The notes: generated by a model not told the origin, from the sequence alone. A stretch of DNA of 64,000 nucleotides from Raillietiella orientalis (GCA_036172245.1 JAYWIR010000041.1:1798001-1862000); one strand, 5' to 3'. Shown: positions 11,161 through 26,446, counted from the stretch's first letter. Made by a program: numbers and translations.

Positions 11161-13512
11161 ATTCGCAGCAAGAGATACCTTCAAAACTGAGGACAAAAAA
11201 GAGAAAAGCGCACGAGATCAGAAGAAGCCAAAATCATTAGAAGAACTTCCTTTAAAAGTTTGTTTCAGCTCCTGAAAAGAAGGCCTCCTTCAATTTCCTT
11301 GTGAATTGAACAAATTTTTGATAATGTACCATCGTACTAGAAAACAGAGGTTTCTGATATTCCTGAAAGCCCATGTGCTTAGAGATGTCTTAACTAGCAT
11401 CTTTATAACGATGGGGATTTCACAGACATCGCAGATTCGACAAAAGTCATGGGATGGGATTTTTTTCCTTAAGAACCTGGACACAATACCTGGAGACAAG
11501 TGCTTCAAACTCTGGTTTGAAGGATACCTTGTGACACTGACAGAAATCTTTAGATGCCCAATGCAGATCGAGAATAATCACTTTCGAGAGAGCATTTCAA
11601 AAGTAGCAAGCTTGCTCTTAGGAATTTCGTAACTGATACGCGATGGTTCTTGACTCGATTTCGGCATCTGCAGCCTGCTCTGAATAAGTTTCATGATCCG
11701 TCTCAAATCATACATCTGACAGATGGCAGTTCAAAAAATTACGGAAACTAAAAGTATTCAAAAATAAAAAGAATACTCACAGAGAAAGACAGGTGGTTTT
11801 GGAAGAGACAAGGGAAGCTGTTTTAAAAGTTATGTGAATGAACTTCTTCGAAATAAAATGAAATAGCTTTGGGGGGAGGAAGAACACAGTTTGGTTAATT
11901 AATATGGGGCTTATTTGAAAATGATTATTCATAAACCCAGAGAAATAAAAATAATGACTGGAATGCTATTAGGTTGAAACCTTCTTGATGCCGCAACAGG
12001 TATTTTTTTTCTGCAGGGAAGATCCAGTAAACAAGATGCTCTATCTTAAATTGATGCCTGAGATCTTGAAATGAAGTGTTCATTTGTTGAAGAGGTTGAT
12101 TTCGAGAAGGAAACTGATCGTGGGATAGATTTGCTTATTAGGCTCCAGGAAGAATCCCTGATGCTCGCTTTTATGTATGTATGTATGTACGTCTCTTTTT
12201 TCTATCATCACGTAAATATCCATCATTTATAATGGTCATTGTGCTATTATCATCCGTTACACGATCAGTCCATTATCTTCAGAATTCAACTTGGGTACTC
12301 AGTCGGTGTCGTCTTGCTAATTCTGTAACTCAATAAGTAGCCTGAATCACTCCCCCTTAAAAAAAGAAAGCCGTTAAAGAAAGGTTTTCGCAGATGATTT
12401 TCACAGATTAAGAGGCAACCAACAAATCAGAAGTGTAGGTGGGTGAGGAGAGCTTCTATATCAGTCACGAGGAATTCTTTTAATCTGAGCATCTCCTTAT
12501 CTGATTGAGTCTACATGAAATCGCTTGTTTCGTTATTAGTTAGCGATCTGTATGATTTATTTTAAATCGGAATTTTAAGCCATGGAATATAAACATCTCA
12601 GTAACGAAAGGAGCCTATAAAACATCAAAATAAACGAAATCAAACTCAGTATTCATAGAAGGAAAAGCCAAGAGATGAAGTGAGAAAGGCATCTTGATAA
12701 TTATATCAGGGGAGAGAATCCACCGTGCATTCAGAAGCAAGAGGCTGTAAATCCACAATCCAATGTTGAACACTGAAGAGAGCCGCTGGAACAAACGCGT
12801 CTCCACGTGACGTTGGATGCAGATAACTGGACATACGAGGACTTTGGAGCAGGAGGTGAAGATGGATACGGATCAGTCGTTTTTAAAAAGCATTTTCGAC
12901 AAAAAAAAAAAAAAAAGAACCAATTTTCATGTCTGGTTTTGATGAAACTGAGATTAATTTTTTAACCAAAGTATTCGCAATGAACTCGCAAAGTCAGAGA
13001 GAATTCTTCTGTCTGCAGTTAGCTGTGCATTTCTTCTATAAATTGTTCCTCCAAATACCCCTGATCCAAGGAATGAGACAAAGCACAAAAATTAGTGAAT
13101 CAATCCGTTTCTTTTCTTTTCTTCTTTTTAAATGAGAAGCATCCTAAAAAAGAATAGGATAGACAGATCTTACGAAATGAAAGAATAATAAATGAAATAT
13201 GAAAACTGCACTCGAGCAGATATAACTAAGTGCTTTAATTGCTTTTTGAAAACGATGTGAGGAGAAGGCTAGCTGGGAACATGAATGATAATTTTCGATG
13301 AGATTGAATTTCGCTAAGGAATGAAAGGTTCCAGAGTAGCGAGTTATACAAATATCTCTTTCACGCTGAATCAAAATAAGGAAAGAAAGAGATGATTTCT
13401 GGAGTGTTAACCAAGCATTTCGACAAGCTATAAGTTGGCTATCTAATGTAACTACAAGGCGCTTACATAATTGGTTACTAGAGCTACAGTCTCACAACAT
13501 AGTTTGCACTGC

Positions 13513-13718
13513 CCCAAAAGACCCCTGTCCCCTCCCCATATCTTCATTTCTATTTTTTATATGTGTATTTGTGGTCCCCTCCCTCCCGTTCCGGACTTTC
13601 GGTTTATCGACCTGCGTGTCGGGGATGCCCCCCCTTCGTTTCTTCTGTGTCCTTTGTCCGGGAACTCTGTTCCTGGATAGTTTAGGAATAAACGCCCCGG
13701 CGCACCCGGGTGAGAAAC
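13513..13718 (+). mobile_element. Solo 3' UTR of the same L1/Tx1 family with a 12-bp TSD
   Basis: Matches the 3' ends of copies A and B (gtggtcccctccctcccgttccg...aataaacgccccggcgcacccgggtgagaaac); flanked by agtttgcactgc at 13501-13512 and 13719-13730. Confidence 0.85.
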
Positions 13719-16700
13719 AGTTTGCACTGCACAAAAAGCAGAAACATAGAAAGAATGATATTACGTAGAAAAATAAACATATTGTTTTACTGACTAATCT
13801 GGCCATTCGAACATATTTGAGATGCCAATAAAAATACTTACTGATTCTTACTCTATTCATGTAATTTCTGACTGATTCCCACGACTCCAAGATTTTGAAA
13901 TTGGATTTTTTTTTAATAATAAGATAAAGGTAGAAGGTACAAGCTACAAACATTAGAATTATTAATTAGTTTATTAATGAAAAACAAGTAGATGTTTTGA
14001 ATGAAGGATTTTTTTTAGTGCCAATCTCACTTATATTCTTTCAGAGATACTGGATCCAGTACTTGCAGAGATTTCAGTTTTTAAAGGTTATGTGTTTATC
14101 GTATGTAGGCTTTGCATTCGAGATAAGCTCCCAACAAAATCCCAGATGGAAATGTCTATAAAGATCGAAGAGACTAAGTAATCAAGCTTTTCTAGACACG
14201 TGTGCTTCTGCCGCCCTTTATTAATACAATGGAAAACTTGAGCATTGCAGTCTTCCGAGTTGCTTCTTAATGAGCTTCATTCTAAGTGAAGAACGGCAAA
14301 TTTCCCTAGAAATTTGCTTCATCTCATTAATGTTCTCTTTCAAACAAGAGTTTGGACCAGCAAGTACTCTATCCATACTACATTATCAGTTTTCTATCTC
14401 CTTCTATAAACGACGATATTATGGAACTCAGATGCTACTTAGAATAGTTTACAAGAATGCCATTTGCAATCGAAAGGGAAAAATTTCTTCAGAAGCAGCT
14501 TGTTTACAGCCATTTCCATTCTGCCTAATGCTCAACGTGTCTCATGATCTTGCATAGTTTGGTATAGTTTTCTGAATGAGCTGAAATTTGTAGATACCTA
14601 AATAAAGCTCTGTTCAAGATGTGCTCCTGATGAGTTCAGCTATACCTTTTTTTTCTTGAAACTTGTTTTTTTCTGAAGCCTTACTTTCTGAGATTTCCTC
14701 AAAAACAGCAGAATGGAGTCATTGTTGTTCTAAATTATTCTTGGTCTGTAACAGGACTTTAATTCCATTATCATTGCTTTCTAGATATTGTTTATCTGCT
14801 GAATGTACATATGCATTCAGTATGCAATAACGTGCAGCTGTAAAGTTTTCAAACTCTCTGAAAACAAAATAAATAAATAAAAGAACTTAGAATATGGAAG
14901 TGGCTTTGAGTAAATAATGAAGAGGTAAGCCATTTGATCAAATAAACCCCGTCTTTTTTTCTTTTAGGTATTAATTGCTCCGAAAAATGTATACTCAAAG
15001 ACTATGGGAGACAATGTATTCCAGGTCTATACAGACAAATTCACATCAGTGCCATAAGAAAATATTATTCACAATATTCACTCTTGAAACAAGGAATAGA
15101 ATCAGTATATCCTAAACGTGTAGATTAAATGAAGCAGATTTTTGAACAAAAAACTGTTCGAAGGCAAAATTCGATTGTGACTGAATTTTAGATTTCATAC
15201 TTGTTTTAAGGAGCTCAACTGGATAAGGGTGGTTATTACCATAATACGGTTAGAATAATAATGTTCACAATTATTGCAATAGTGTTTTTTCTTTTCTAAT
15301 ACGTTTAATTTACTGTTTGGAAATCGCAAATCTCTCGTTCAGTAAGCATTTACAAAGTATGCATAGATGGAAGCGCTTCCGTTTCCCTTCAAGCTCGATG
15401 TACATTCATCTTGAGAAGGATACTGCTTTCTTCCAGGTACGTAGAGCTGTTCATATGTATTGTTTCACAGTTACACGTATTACTTGTTAAATATCGGAAT
15501 TTCCGAGATATCCCCAGTCTTGCTGTATATCTTTTAAGGTATGGAGGCAGGACAGGGGAAAAATGACTCTGTGAAAACAGCTCTCATTCCGAAACAAACA
15601 AGAGAATGAGATTCCTGAGTCACAGAACAAGTACTTTGATTTTCACTCGTAAATAAGCGGAAGCAATAAGCATTTATAAGTGGCGATAATTTTTTTCTGG
15701 AATGGTGCCGTTTTGGTTGTGCTATTGGGCTCCATTTTAAAACATTTTTAGATTTTTGAACTGTTCCCAATTTGGAAGTGTATCAGTTACTTAATGCCTT
15801 GAAAAGTAGAACCGGTCATTTCAGAATTAATAAGTAACCAAGATTTTGCGTCCGTTATTATTGGATTGCTGTAGTTAAAAAAGCCCGGTTCGGTATGTAA
15901 GTGGAAAAGTACTGACGTTTGATATTTCGTTCTCTATAAAGCCCAAAAATCAGTGTATGAATTAATTAAATGAAAGGTCAATCATAGTTAGAACTACATA
16001 GTTAGAACAAATATAATTTGTGGGAACCACATCATGCCTGCTACTGTGTTCATTTGCTGAAACTGATGTAAAAGGGGTGCCTGAGACCCTAAACGTTTTA
16101 ATTTTGCTATTTGTTTTGGAATATCGAAAATTATTATAAAATTCTCGGCTGAAGGATCTCAGTTACATTTTGCCTTTGGGTCTTGTTATCTTGTCGCATT
16201 TAACAGTGTGTCATATTTTTTCAAGAAAATTCACAAGTTGGAGCACAGTGAAACTAGTGTTGAATGTTGGTCTACCATTGGAATGAAAGTTCAGAAAGGA
16301 TTGGTTGATTGTTTTTAATGTGATTGTTATAAAAAATTTCTTAGTTCATTAGAGGGTTTTCTGTTTAAAGTCACTATCTTATAGCACATGGAGGCATTAT
16401 GGCTTGAATCTGAACTGTATTTTGATCATACTTTTTATGAAATTATTAAATAAATTTCCCATGTATTTTTAAAAGTTTGTAGTCAAAATATGGTAATATA
16501 CTGTGTTTATGTCCTTGATTTTAGTGATTTCTTGAGAAATTCATTTATTTGACTGATAAGTATTTTCATACTGTTGATGTTGGTTTAAGAGTGACTTATG
16601 TTTTAAAAGAAAGTGTTCCCTTTTAGCAACAGCTTTTTAAGTTATTTAAGAAGTCCATGACTGTTGTTAGTGTTCTGTCAGGAGTAACTTTTTCTATCTA

Positions 16701-19700
16701 CAATATACTGTAATTTCCTTCATATTTCTTTTAATTAAAATAACGTTCTTTATGATTAAAACGAAACGTGAAGTCTTTCTGTTGGTTTGTTTCATGGTAC
16801 CTTGGGGAAAAGCAGTTACTAGAATGCTTTTAATATTTCTGCCTTCTAAAGTTAAATTTATGTAACTAACATCTCGTAGAGTAATCAAATGTATCATCTT
16901 ATATCTAAGTTCATTTTAGAAAACAGCATCATGATTGCCAACTAAGTTGGTTCAGAATTGGGCATTTCTATCCCATTTATGGTTTGTGGAACTTTTGGGA
17001 GATTTTTTTTTCCATAATATGTCAGATGTGAAATTTGTTTTGTTCATATTTTGTAACCAATAGGTATTTTCACTGTATTTCGATACTGCTATCATTAAAT
17101 TTAAATATGTTGTTACATAAATGGTAAAGTACACATCTAATCATGAAATGTGGTGTATTTCTGAAAATACTGGAAAGTTATTTCAGAGGTAAGTATTGAA
17201 AGTAATTGGTTAGGTGATTTTAGGACATTCAAAGAAGTATATTAGTTGTATTGTTTATTAATTCAGTTGTGTTTAACTAGAATGGGATTTACTTATGTTG
17301 CAGTATATTTTACTGTAGAAGTGTGCTGATATTCTGTAAGCCATGCTGGATATTGTTATATTGAAGCCTTTGCACATGCTTATTGAAGTCAAATATGTGA
17401 ACATAATAATTCATTAATTATGTGAGCTTTACTCATGGTAGCTTTCCTTGTTGAGCATGCTACTGATTATGCTGCTTTTCTTACTGATTTCATACCATTT
17501 CCATCCTTAGCAGTGACAAGATTCATGATACATACTTTGTTTCAGTATTCATAATTTCTGTAGCATGTTTTAGTGCAGCTTATTCAACATTATTGCTAAA
17601 AAGCAATCACCTTATTATTATTATTTTGGTTTATATTGGTATTTAGAATATACATTTGCACTTTTAGCTCAAACAGTGTTCAATTATTTCCTGAGCTTAA
17701 TTATTCTTTATTGGTAATATTTATGTAAAAGAAATGCCTATTTGCCATTTGTGTACTTATACTCCTTAATTTTCAACAAAAATCAGTACAGTCTGCCATA
17801 TAAAAAAAGAAAGTTCAGCATTAGTGAATTTAAAGTATGAAAAGGCTTAGGGTATGTAACTTATGCAAAGATACGTTTTGTAATACAAACATAAATGATC
17901 AGGTACTCCAGAAAGAACAATTTACAGGAAACGTTTTGTGCCATTTGCATTTACTTTGCCTTAAGCAAATGTTCATTCTATTCACAGTTTAGTGCTGCTC
18001 AAAGTTGTATTTGCTAATGTTGCTTTCCTGTTTTTCTTCATTAGTGTCTTTTGTGGATGGTCTGTAACAGCATTCTTTCTCTTTTTTAAACTTAAGATTT
18101 TATATTAAAAGTTGTTGCATCACTTGTTGAATAACTGTGGATATCAAAGTGTTGACGAATGTTTCAAATCTTAAGGTTTATTTAGTAGTCTTTTAACTGT
18201 TGCTCATTTTAGTCATATGGTTCAAATCATATTTGTGATTCTGTGTAATTTTGTTTCAGGAACATCAGTACTGAAGTTAATTTTATGTGAAAGGTGTATT
18301 TTTTGTTGTGAACAACAGTTAGCCAAACATTCAGTCTAAGTTCAACATGCATTTCTGTGTAAGTCTGGAGCAACAAAAGAAATTTACAGCTTTCAGTTAG
18401 ACATTCAGTGTGTTGTAATCAGTCAGTATTGCAGAGGTGCAAATTAAGTTCTTAAGCTAATTATCAACTAAGAAAAGCAAATATAACAGTTTGGTCTGAA
18501 GTATAAACTTTTTTGTAACAGAGGATTGGTGTTGGGAGATAGATTCTTGAAAGATCTAAACCCATAATCACCTTAGCTTTTGGTAAACTCCATATGGTCC
18601 GTTTCTAAATTGAAGAGAGAAGTTGGCTTTATCACAGGGCTAACTGAATCCAGTTTGCATGCCAGAAAGTTTACTTTCCATGTTACAGGAAGGTTTCTGA
18701 GTTTAAAGATTCTGTTTTCTTTGCGTTTAGAGATTCTGCATAGACTAAGTTGTACCTATCATGGAATCATAATAATACTAAAGCTCCGTATGTGTATGCT
18801 CTAGACATACAAGCTATGTTAGCATAGGTGCAAAGTTTCTCCTTCATTCAAAACTTGCATTTGTCATAAATTTCATGCAAAAGGTTCCTCTGAGCAAGTT
18901 GCTTTGCACTTAAGAAATTCACAGCCTGAGAGGGAAAAGGATAATTGATATGATGAATTTGAGTTTCAGGTAAGCAAACAAGCACCTTGCCATGTAGCAG
19001 TTTCCTAACATTGCTGTTTACATGAGTTATCTGCCTGTGTATTCACAAAACACTGAATACAATTGAGAATTGATGAATTATTTTTATGAAATCATGTTTT
19101 ACTGCACTTGATCAGATATTTGCATGGGCAAAAGCTGCAAGAGCATGTATGAGAATACCATAGTAATAAGTGCAAGGAATTTGATGCATTTGATTAGCTG
19201 CAGGTACAAAACTAGCTCATGCTTGTTTCTCCAACAACTAATAACTAAAAATAACAACAGTTGCTGGTCAACATGTTGGTACCACATAAGACTTAACTCC
19301 ATTGTGCCATGCATCACCCTAGTTGTATTCAAGTCGTTAAATCGGTGTAGTAAATATTCATTTCCATTAAGTTTTACTCAGATACAAAAGATACCTACAA
19401 GTGTCAGCTCTATCTGCTGCCATTGTAAGGGCTAATGTCGCCAACAAATTAATGTGCTACTGATTATCTCCTGCTCCCAAAGGATTCAATTGCCCAATAG
19501 TAACAGTCTCTTCACTCGATATCACGTTGTTTTGGAATCGTAGCTTTGTCGCTTTTCGTTGGTCTCATTACAAACATCAGAAGTGTTGTGATGGTCTCCC
19601 CACAGTACGTTTTAAATGAAGCCCGAATGGAGTTGGCGTAATCTTGGTAAGAGTTCCATTAAGGGAAAGGAAAACTCTTACACAACGCATTGTGCCGTGT

Positions 19701-20449
19701 ATTCAACAAATTAGTCCTTTCGCATCAGCAGCAATTTACACCCACCCAATCCAGGAGCACTTTGCTTCAATTTTTTTTCGTAGAGGTTTTTTTCTTGCTC
19801 ATAGTGTCATGTAATCAATATTTGTATCACAGTGCTGAACTTTTTCATTGTGTATCACAAATCTCGAAGCACTTTTTGGCAGTTTTGTAGGCGCATAGTT
19901 TGGAAAGCGTGCTGTCACTCTAAACCAACGGTGAATACACACGTCAAGTTTTATTTTGGTTAGTGTTATCTTAAAATAATATATATTTTTGCATGGAATA
20001 TTCAGTGTATATGTGGCAGTGAAGGAGCAAAGCTATTATTTGTCAGCACATCATGAATGAAATGATTCTGATCACGTAGAGTGAGAAGAAATTTGCTGTA
20101 AGAGTATCCATTTGTTATGCAAAGGAATTTGTGATTTTCAAAATTTTCGTATTATTAATGATTGGGAAATGCAGTAGAGCAGAAAGAACTGTTTTTTAAG
20201 TGCTTCTATGGGGATAGCGAGATTTATTCATCATGTCCTTTAAGAAAGTTTCTTCAATCCCTTCCAGTGTTTCAAAATTAGTACATTTAGGATATGGATA
20301 AAGGATAAATAAGCAGGATTGTCCCAATGGTTTTCATATTTTCCAAACAGGTTTCAAAGATGAATCTAACCATGAAATGTGTTACAACACCCAGGAATGT
20401 TTGTCGGCTGTTCTAGAAAATCAGTTTTACATGGCTAGAGATACGAGTA

Positions 20450-23100
20450 GGGTTCTCACAAAACATTCTCCTCTGCTCTTGAAAGTGTATATTTCTGAAC
20501 CTAAGAAAATTATTGTTCAACTGCCATCCTTCCATGGAGGAAGTCACACAATTTGCTCTTCCAAACTCTCTACTCGTCGGAGGAGCGAACATGTTTTATT
20601 TGTACAGCAAATCCTCGAGCTTTTGGACTAATCGTTCAAGAGCTCTTTTTGTGGGTCTGAGCCTGTTTTCTGGAACTGTCTTCCGTTGCAGCCGAAGACT
20701 ACCTCTTGAAGGCATGACGTCCATGCAAGCACTTCTTCCTGCTCTAGAATCTAATCTTTGATATCATGTGATGTCTAATTGAAGGGTCCTATTATTATCG
20801 TAGTTTTCTTTTTCCTTCTGAATAGCTAGTTGGGTGAAGGAAAGAAGGAAACTGAGGTGATTGGGAATTCTAAGCTTTGGAGACCCTAGCAACGTTTGTG
20901 CACCGGCCATCTCTTTGCGCATTCGCAATACATTTGCAGATACTTCTATCTCCCTGGATGGAAAGGATGGGCTGCCATTCACCCTGGATTCGTCAAAGAT
21001 GCGTTTGATTGAATCACTTGCTGGACCGTACATTAGCTTCCTGTCATCTTCATTAAACAGGACACAGGGATTAATACATACAACGAGTATCTCTAAAGTA
21101 ACTGGGTTCAGGTAAACCTGAACAGATGGGTTCACCAGTCTACTATCAATTCACATTCAGAAATTCACGTAGCCAACGAGATTAAACAGATGGAGATAAG
21201 CAGATCTTCAGACATTGTGAGAATAGGCAATAACAAGTCAGGTTGAATTCCAAATCTATAGCGGCTGCCGACATTTCGAGAGCATGGAGGACGTGAACAT
21301 ATTTTAGAAAACTTGAGTTGTGAGAGCCTTAGAATTATTCCGGAAATAACCAACATTTTCCCGGAGTACCCTCATCCGTACTTCCGAATGAACAACGTTG
21401 GCGTCTTAAAGTCTGCTCCTTTCCTGTTTTTTTCTCTCATTTGAAATACGAAAGCGATCCGGTAGATATGCCTTTCTATAACATTAATTCATCATTTATT
21501 ACTTAATGCGGATTACTTTTTTGAAATTGAGCTTTGTTTCGTGCTTTTGGTTCCACTGAATCACTAGCACACATAAGAGCCACTAAGAGAGCACTTACCT
21601 ACTCTTAGGAGATCTCTTACCATTTCCTGACATTGCACAGTGGCATCCCAGGAGTAAAGGATTAAGAAACACATGAGAAACACATGTTAGTACAACATGA
21701 CACAAAATGACTCGATGAGGAAAGGATTCCAGCACAATTCCATTCCAATTCACGAAAAGAATTTTTTCAATTCCATGATTCAGTTCAACTGAATCGTGTT
21801 ACAGACCTAAGATCAATACGAGCTGCTCTCAAACATTGGAAGAGATCTAGAAACATGAAGACCACAAGAACTAAGTTGTACTCACTCAGTTTCGCAAGTT
21901 GAGAAGAAAGAACTAGGACTTGTTTTGTTGCTCTGGCATTTCAAATAATTTTGAACCCAACTGGAGAAGATCACAATGTGCAATTAGAGGTAGGATGAGA
22001 GAATCAGTAATCTGCTTATCTGCCACAGAAGTCCCAAATGTATATGTCTCTTTGGAAAAAGTATTCATCCATAGCGAACCGGTTTAGGTTGAGCTGAATG
22101 CGTATTCGGCAAAGATCTGTCATGAGAGCACAGATCTAGCATATTTTCTGATCACAACTCTTCTTGTGACGCTTGTTTTCCTACCATTGAGAGGTCCATT
22201 CTCGATCTCTTTTCTTTACGAGGATAAGAGGGTTTTATTAGGAAGCATGCTCGGCTGCTGTCTTTTCTAAACATTAATAACGTCCTGCAAAAATCATTTG
22301 ATGGACTAACTTTTCCTACAGGAAAGGTTGCGTAATGCCAAAAAAATGCGCGACACGGTGCGATCTAACGGTAGGATCTTATGAAGATCCAAGAGCAACT
22401 TGCGAAACACTTCCAAATACCTGTGCGTACTCAAGGCAAGGGTTCCCTCATCTGTCATCTAGTGAGTCAATCAGATCTGAATCGGGTACAAGGTACAATG
22501 CTCGTGATTGTGAACAGATTAAACTGCTTTGTATTTCGCTAAGGCGTTATCATCTAGCAATTTCTTTCAGAAAAGCAGTAAATCCCCACAGGTCAGAAGG
22601 GGTTTGGGGGGCAATGGGGATTATCCAAGAGACGTTGCAACTGCAGCGTTGTTGTATATTCTAGTCGTTGCACTTTGGTCCTACAGAAGAATTTCGTATG
22701 GTTGTCCACTCTCCTTGGGACACATGCATCTGAGTTCTTCGGTGAAAGAACCATGCTCTCCCTTCCTGTAATCTTCATTGTATTCTTGCTGGGTAGAATG
22801 TCAGAGGGTTTCACTCTCTCAATACTAGCCAAGGGCATCCGTAAGGCTAGCATCTGACGGATAAGCTTCTAGATCTCAGGAAAGCAGTTCGCTGCTTTTT
22901 CAGTGATTTGTTGGGTGTTTTTGGATTCCTGAATGCAAGAATGTTTATGCTCCTTAAATCCGTAGGTGCTCCATGATCGTGACCAAGTACTCAGCAGTTC
23001 TGTAGGATAAGTGGTAGTAGGTTTTCCTATGTTTGATGCTGCTTCATCGAGAAACTCCAAGGGCACGTTGCCGAACAGTTCGCTACACATTCTACATGAT
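20450..23100 (-). pseudogene. Degraded bunyavirus L-like EVE, interrupted by an AT-rich stretch at ~21400-21780
   Basis: ORFs 22869-23090 and 22593-22853 are in frame across one stop. Downstream come RACFLIKPSYPRK, QQNKS*FFLLNLRN, YLNPVTLEILVVCINPCVLFNEDDRKLMYG (ORF 20764-21135) and an in-frame continuation MDVMPSRGSL...LERLVQKLEDLL. Same motif order as 1-1750. By-eye homology. Confidence 0.5.
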
Positions 23101-25469
23101 ATTTATCCAGAAAAAACACTCTTACTTATGCCGAATTATGTAAGTGTCACAGGAAACAGTGTTTACTTGCACGAGTTTAATTCTCATAAATAAATCTTTT
23201 TCGGTTCTAATCTCATCTTTTCAAACTCATTAACTCTTAAAAGATCTCTTCCTTTTGCTCCGAACTGTATGCTTCATTTAATCTTTTGCTTTAGTAGTTC
23301 GCATTTTTATTGTAAAAGTCAAGATAGAATTTCAACCACGAAATAATTTAATACCAAACAGTTTTTCTTTTTATTCTTAATTTAAATGATTTTTCCAAGA
23401 TCCAGTTTACTCTTCAAGACTTACCAGAATCAAACAACATATTATAAATAAATACTACTGTGTGCTGTGGTTTTTGATTTCATGACTAAAATCATATGTC
23501 TAAGCGCTCTTTTAGACGCTCCCGCCCACGGATTTCTTTAAATCATATATTACTTCCTCCTTTTAAATTGATGCCCTCTGTCACAGATAACATTTTCTTA
23601 AATATTATTTGATTACTCATATCTATCTATGAGTAATCAAATATATAATTCGATTACTAATATATATTAGTTATTATGTTAGATGGTACGCATTTTTTAT
23701 ACAGCGAACATATTTGTTTTTACAACAGTTTTTTTCAATGAAACGTGTGTGAACTGTTTTATGGAATGTTTAAACCCTGATGTATGTGTTTTCTCAGTTC
23801 CAATGAAACAAAGGCATTCTTGTCCTTCACAGTTGCTACCTAGTCACATAGCAGGGATGAACAGTTCTTAAATCACCCTAAACTTCCTGTGAGTGCTACA
23901 CTCTACACACATCTGTCAATCGTCGTCTTTCGGTTTACCATCGAGAAGCCTGGTTTCGTGTGTTCACTTGCATCTGTCCTTAAAGACAAAACTCTCTTCA
24001 CGCTACCAGTGTTACACATTTGTTGTAATTCTGCGGATGCGCTTTCGGTGCTCTAAAAAGGGTATTCCTCCTTCACACAGGAGTCGAGACCGGTGGTAGC
24101 TTTTGACAGCACTCTGATGAAGAAGAGCATCTGAAAGCCGAAAAAGTGTAAGCGGGCCGTCAAAAAATACATACTCGTTTTGAGCAACTCGGACCAAAAT
24201 TGAGATTTTTGACTGATGTTGGGAAGCCCGGAGTCCACCCTTGCTTCCCGTGCACATGAATCCAGTATTTGTTGAGAAGCAAGTCTACAAGAACACGATT
24301 CACGAGATGATCTATGCGAGCATCCATGTGTTGACCTACAGATGACAGTTGCCAGCATGCAAGAGCATATGATGTCAGCAGCAAGAAAGTGGAAATACAT
24401 ATGAGCTGGCCACTGTGATACATCACTGGATTTTGCAAATGAAATTATGTAATGCTTAGTTTCTTCTCAAATGCCTACATCCATCTTTATGCTTCGGGTT
24501 GTTCATCTCTGACTTGAGGCATGTTCCGTTTATAAACTAGGATTGGATTTTTTTGCGTTAGACATTGTGACAAACACTGACTACATAAGTAGGATTCGTG
24601 TATACCTAAATTCGATATGCACAGAAGATTGAGCTTTTGCAATCTGCTATAAGAAACAGGCATGTCGCATGCAATGCAAAGTTATTGAAAATTCCTATAC
24701 ATTTGCAATCTTCACACATTTATGGTGGGCGGCGATTGATTAATTCTAATTGATTTCATTGGAGCTGATGAATCCTCAGGTTTTCATGGGTTTTCTCTTT
24801 TATTAAACCGAGTATTCTAGATTACAAGTACTTAATTACTTGTATTCTACATCTAAAGTCTTGTAAGCTCTTTACTCATAAACTCCACACAAAAGAGAGA
24901 ATTTTATCAACCATGATTCTCTAAAAACATGTAGAAGGTCGTTTTCTTTGCGAGTATTTGTCAATGTTACTAGAACAGGTGGGACAAAGAGAAGAAAATA
25001 CCGAAGACTGGTCCTCCATTTCTCCGCCAAAACAGCGTCTGCAATATGTCAGGAATCGTCGCAGGATCTCAGGGACCTTAGAATCGGGCCCGATTCTAAG
25101 GTCTACCGCCTTATTTGGCGAAGTATTGAGAAAACTGGGAATTCACAAGGAGAAGCACACCAGGGAAGAAATGCTGTGTTCGAACGAATTGTATATGTAT
25201 TGGAAACATTGATAGGTCATTGTTTGTTTGCCATCTCTTTTTTTTTACATGGATGAAATGTACTGAAATTTGAATAAATATGAAATGCTAAAGGAATACT
25301 GAAGATTCTCTATCACCAGAGTTGTCAAGAAACATGAGCAAAGTTTCTGTTTAAAAAGCATCATCATAGTTAAAATACGTTGTTACTTCTTATGCTGTGA
25401 AACAGGAAATCATATTAATTACGCATTATTCTTTTCACAGAAACAAAAATCTAATATTCGGACCTCTAA

Positions 25470-26080
25470 AGGTTAATTAAGGGACTTTGAGATAGGAATA
25501 TCTATTAATCCTTTCAGAAGACGATCTTTCGGGCTATCATTCAAACTGCTCTGATATAGAATAATGAAATTCGTAGATATTTTCTGATAACAAGATATTA
25601 ACAAATTTTGTGTATTATAATAGCTTGCTTTAGATTCAAAGGCAATAAAGAATATGATCAAAGTGAGACTATTTTGTCGATAAGTTGATATTTACATGTA
25701 TACATATGGTGTTCAGGGAAGAGTCCAGATGTCACTTAATTCTAAGGTAGTCTCGAATTCTCACTTCCCATGAAATAAAAACAAAATTTATGCTCTCTAC
25801 CATCCTTAGAGACTAGAATTGTGGTGTGGCATCTAAAATAAAGATTCACAAGCCACAAGGGTTTGAATCAAGAAACACTCATGTGCTTATAGCTTTGAGA
25901 ATCTATAGGAAGGAGCGTGCCATATTTTCTTCATTGTGGGTAACATATGGAGTTCCACCGATGACATCCAAGAACAATCTACTGCTGATCAATCACTAAA
26001 AGCAATCTCTATTTTTCATTGCCCTCAAAGTTCTCAAATATCCTTGCACCACAGATGAGAATAGATAAGATGGCAGAACA
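25470..26080 (-). pseudogene. Possible heavily decayed viral L-like fragment
   Basis: Stop-riddled frame with SLRMVESINFVFISW...HFDHILYC, then IIFFIAFESKAS; weak resemblance to the same L region. Confidence 0.25.
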
Positions 26081-26446
26081 AACTAATCGGTAATAGTTGA
26101 AAAACCAACATCCTAAGAGACCAGTAGTTTCATATGTGTCCCAACTAGTGTATGGATGTACCATTTTAGAATTTTGAAAGGTCATTTCTTCTTTATACGT
26201 AGCATTTCACAAAATTGCCAATTTCCGATAATCGTTTACAGGAAAATGGATGCTACTTTTTATCATTTTTTGTAGTACTTTCTCAGAGCTTCTCATAAAC
26301 CACTAATTTTACTTGTTCCTTAATTAAACTATTTTGCATCTAATAGTTATCAAGCCAAGAAATTTCCAACTCCCTGTTGTGATTGCGAACTGGAAACTTT
26401 TCTTTATTGCTGAATTTTGATGTATGGCTTTTGATTTATGTAGCCA

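Noticed and set aside
10257..11240. 327-aa + strand ORF
   Set aside because: Antisense shadow of the GC-rich L1/Tx1 fragment.
14200..14865. Minus-strand exon-like decayed frame after a ttttcag acceptor
   Set aside because: Multiple stops and no recognisable family.
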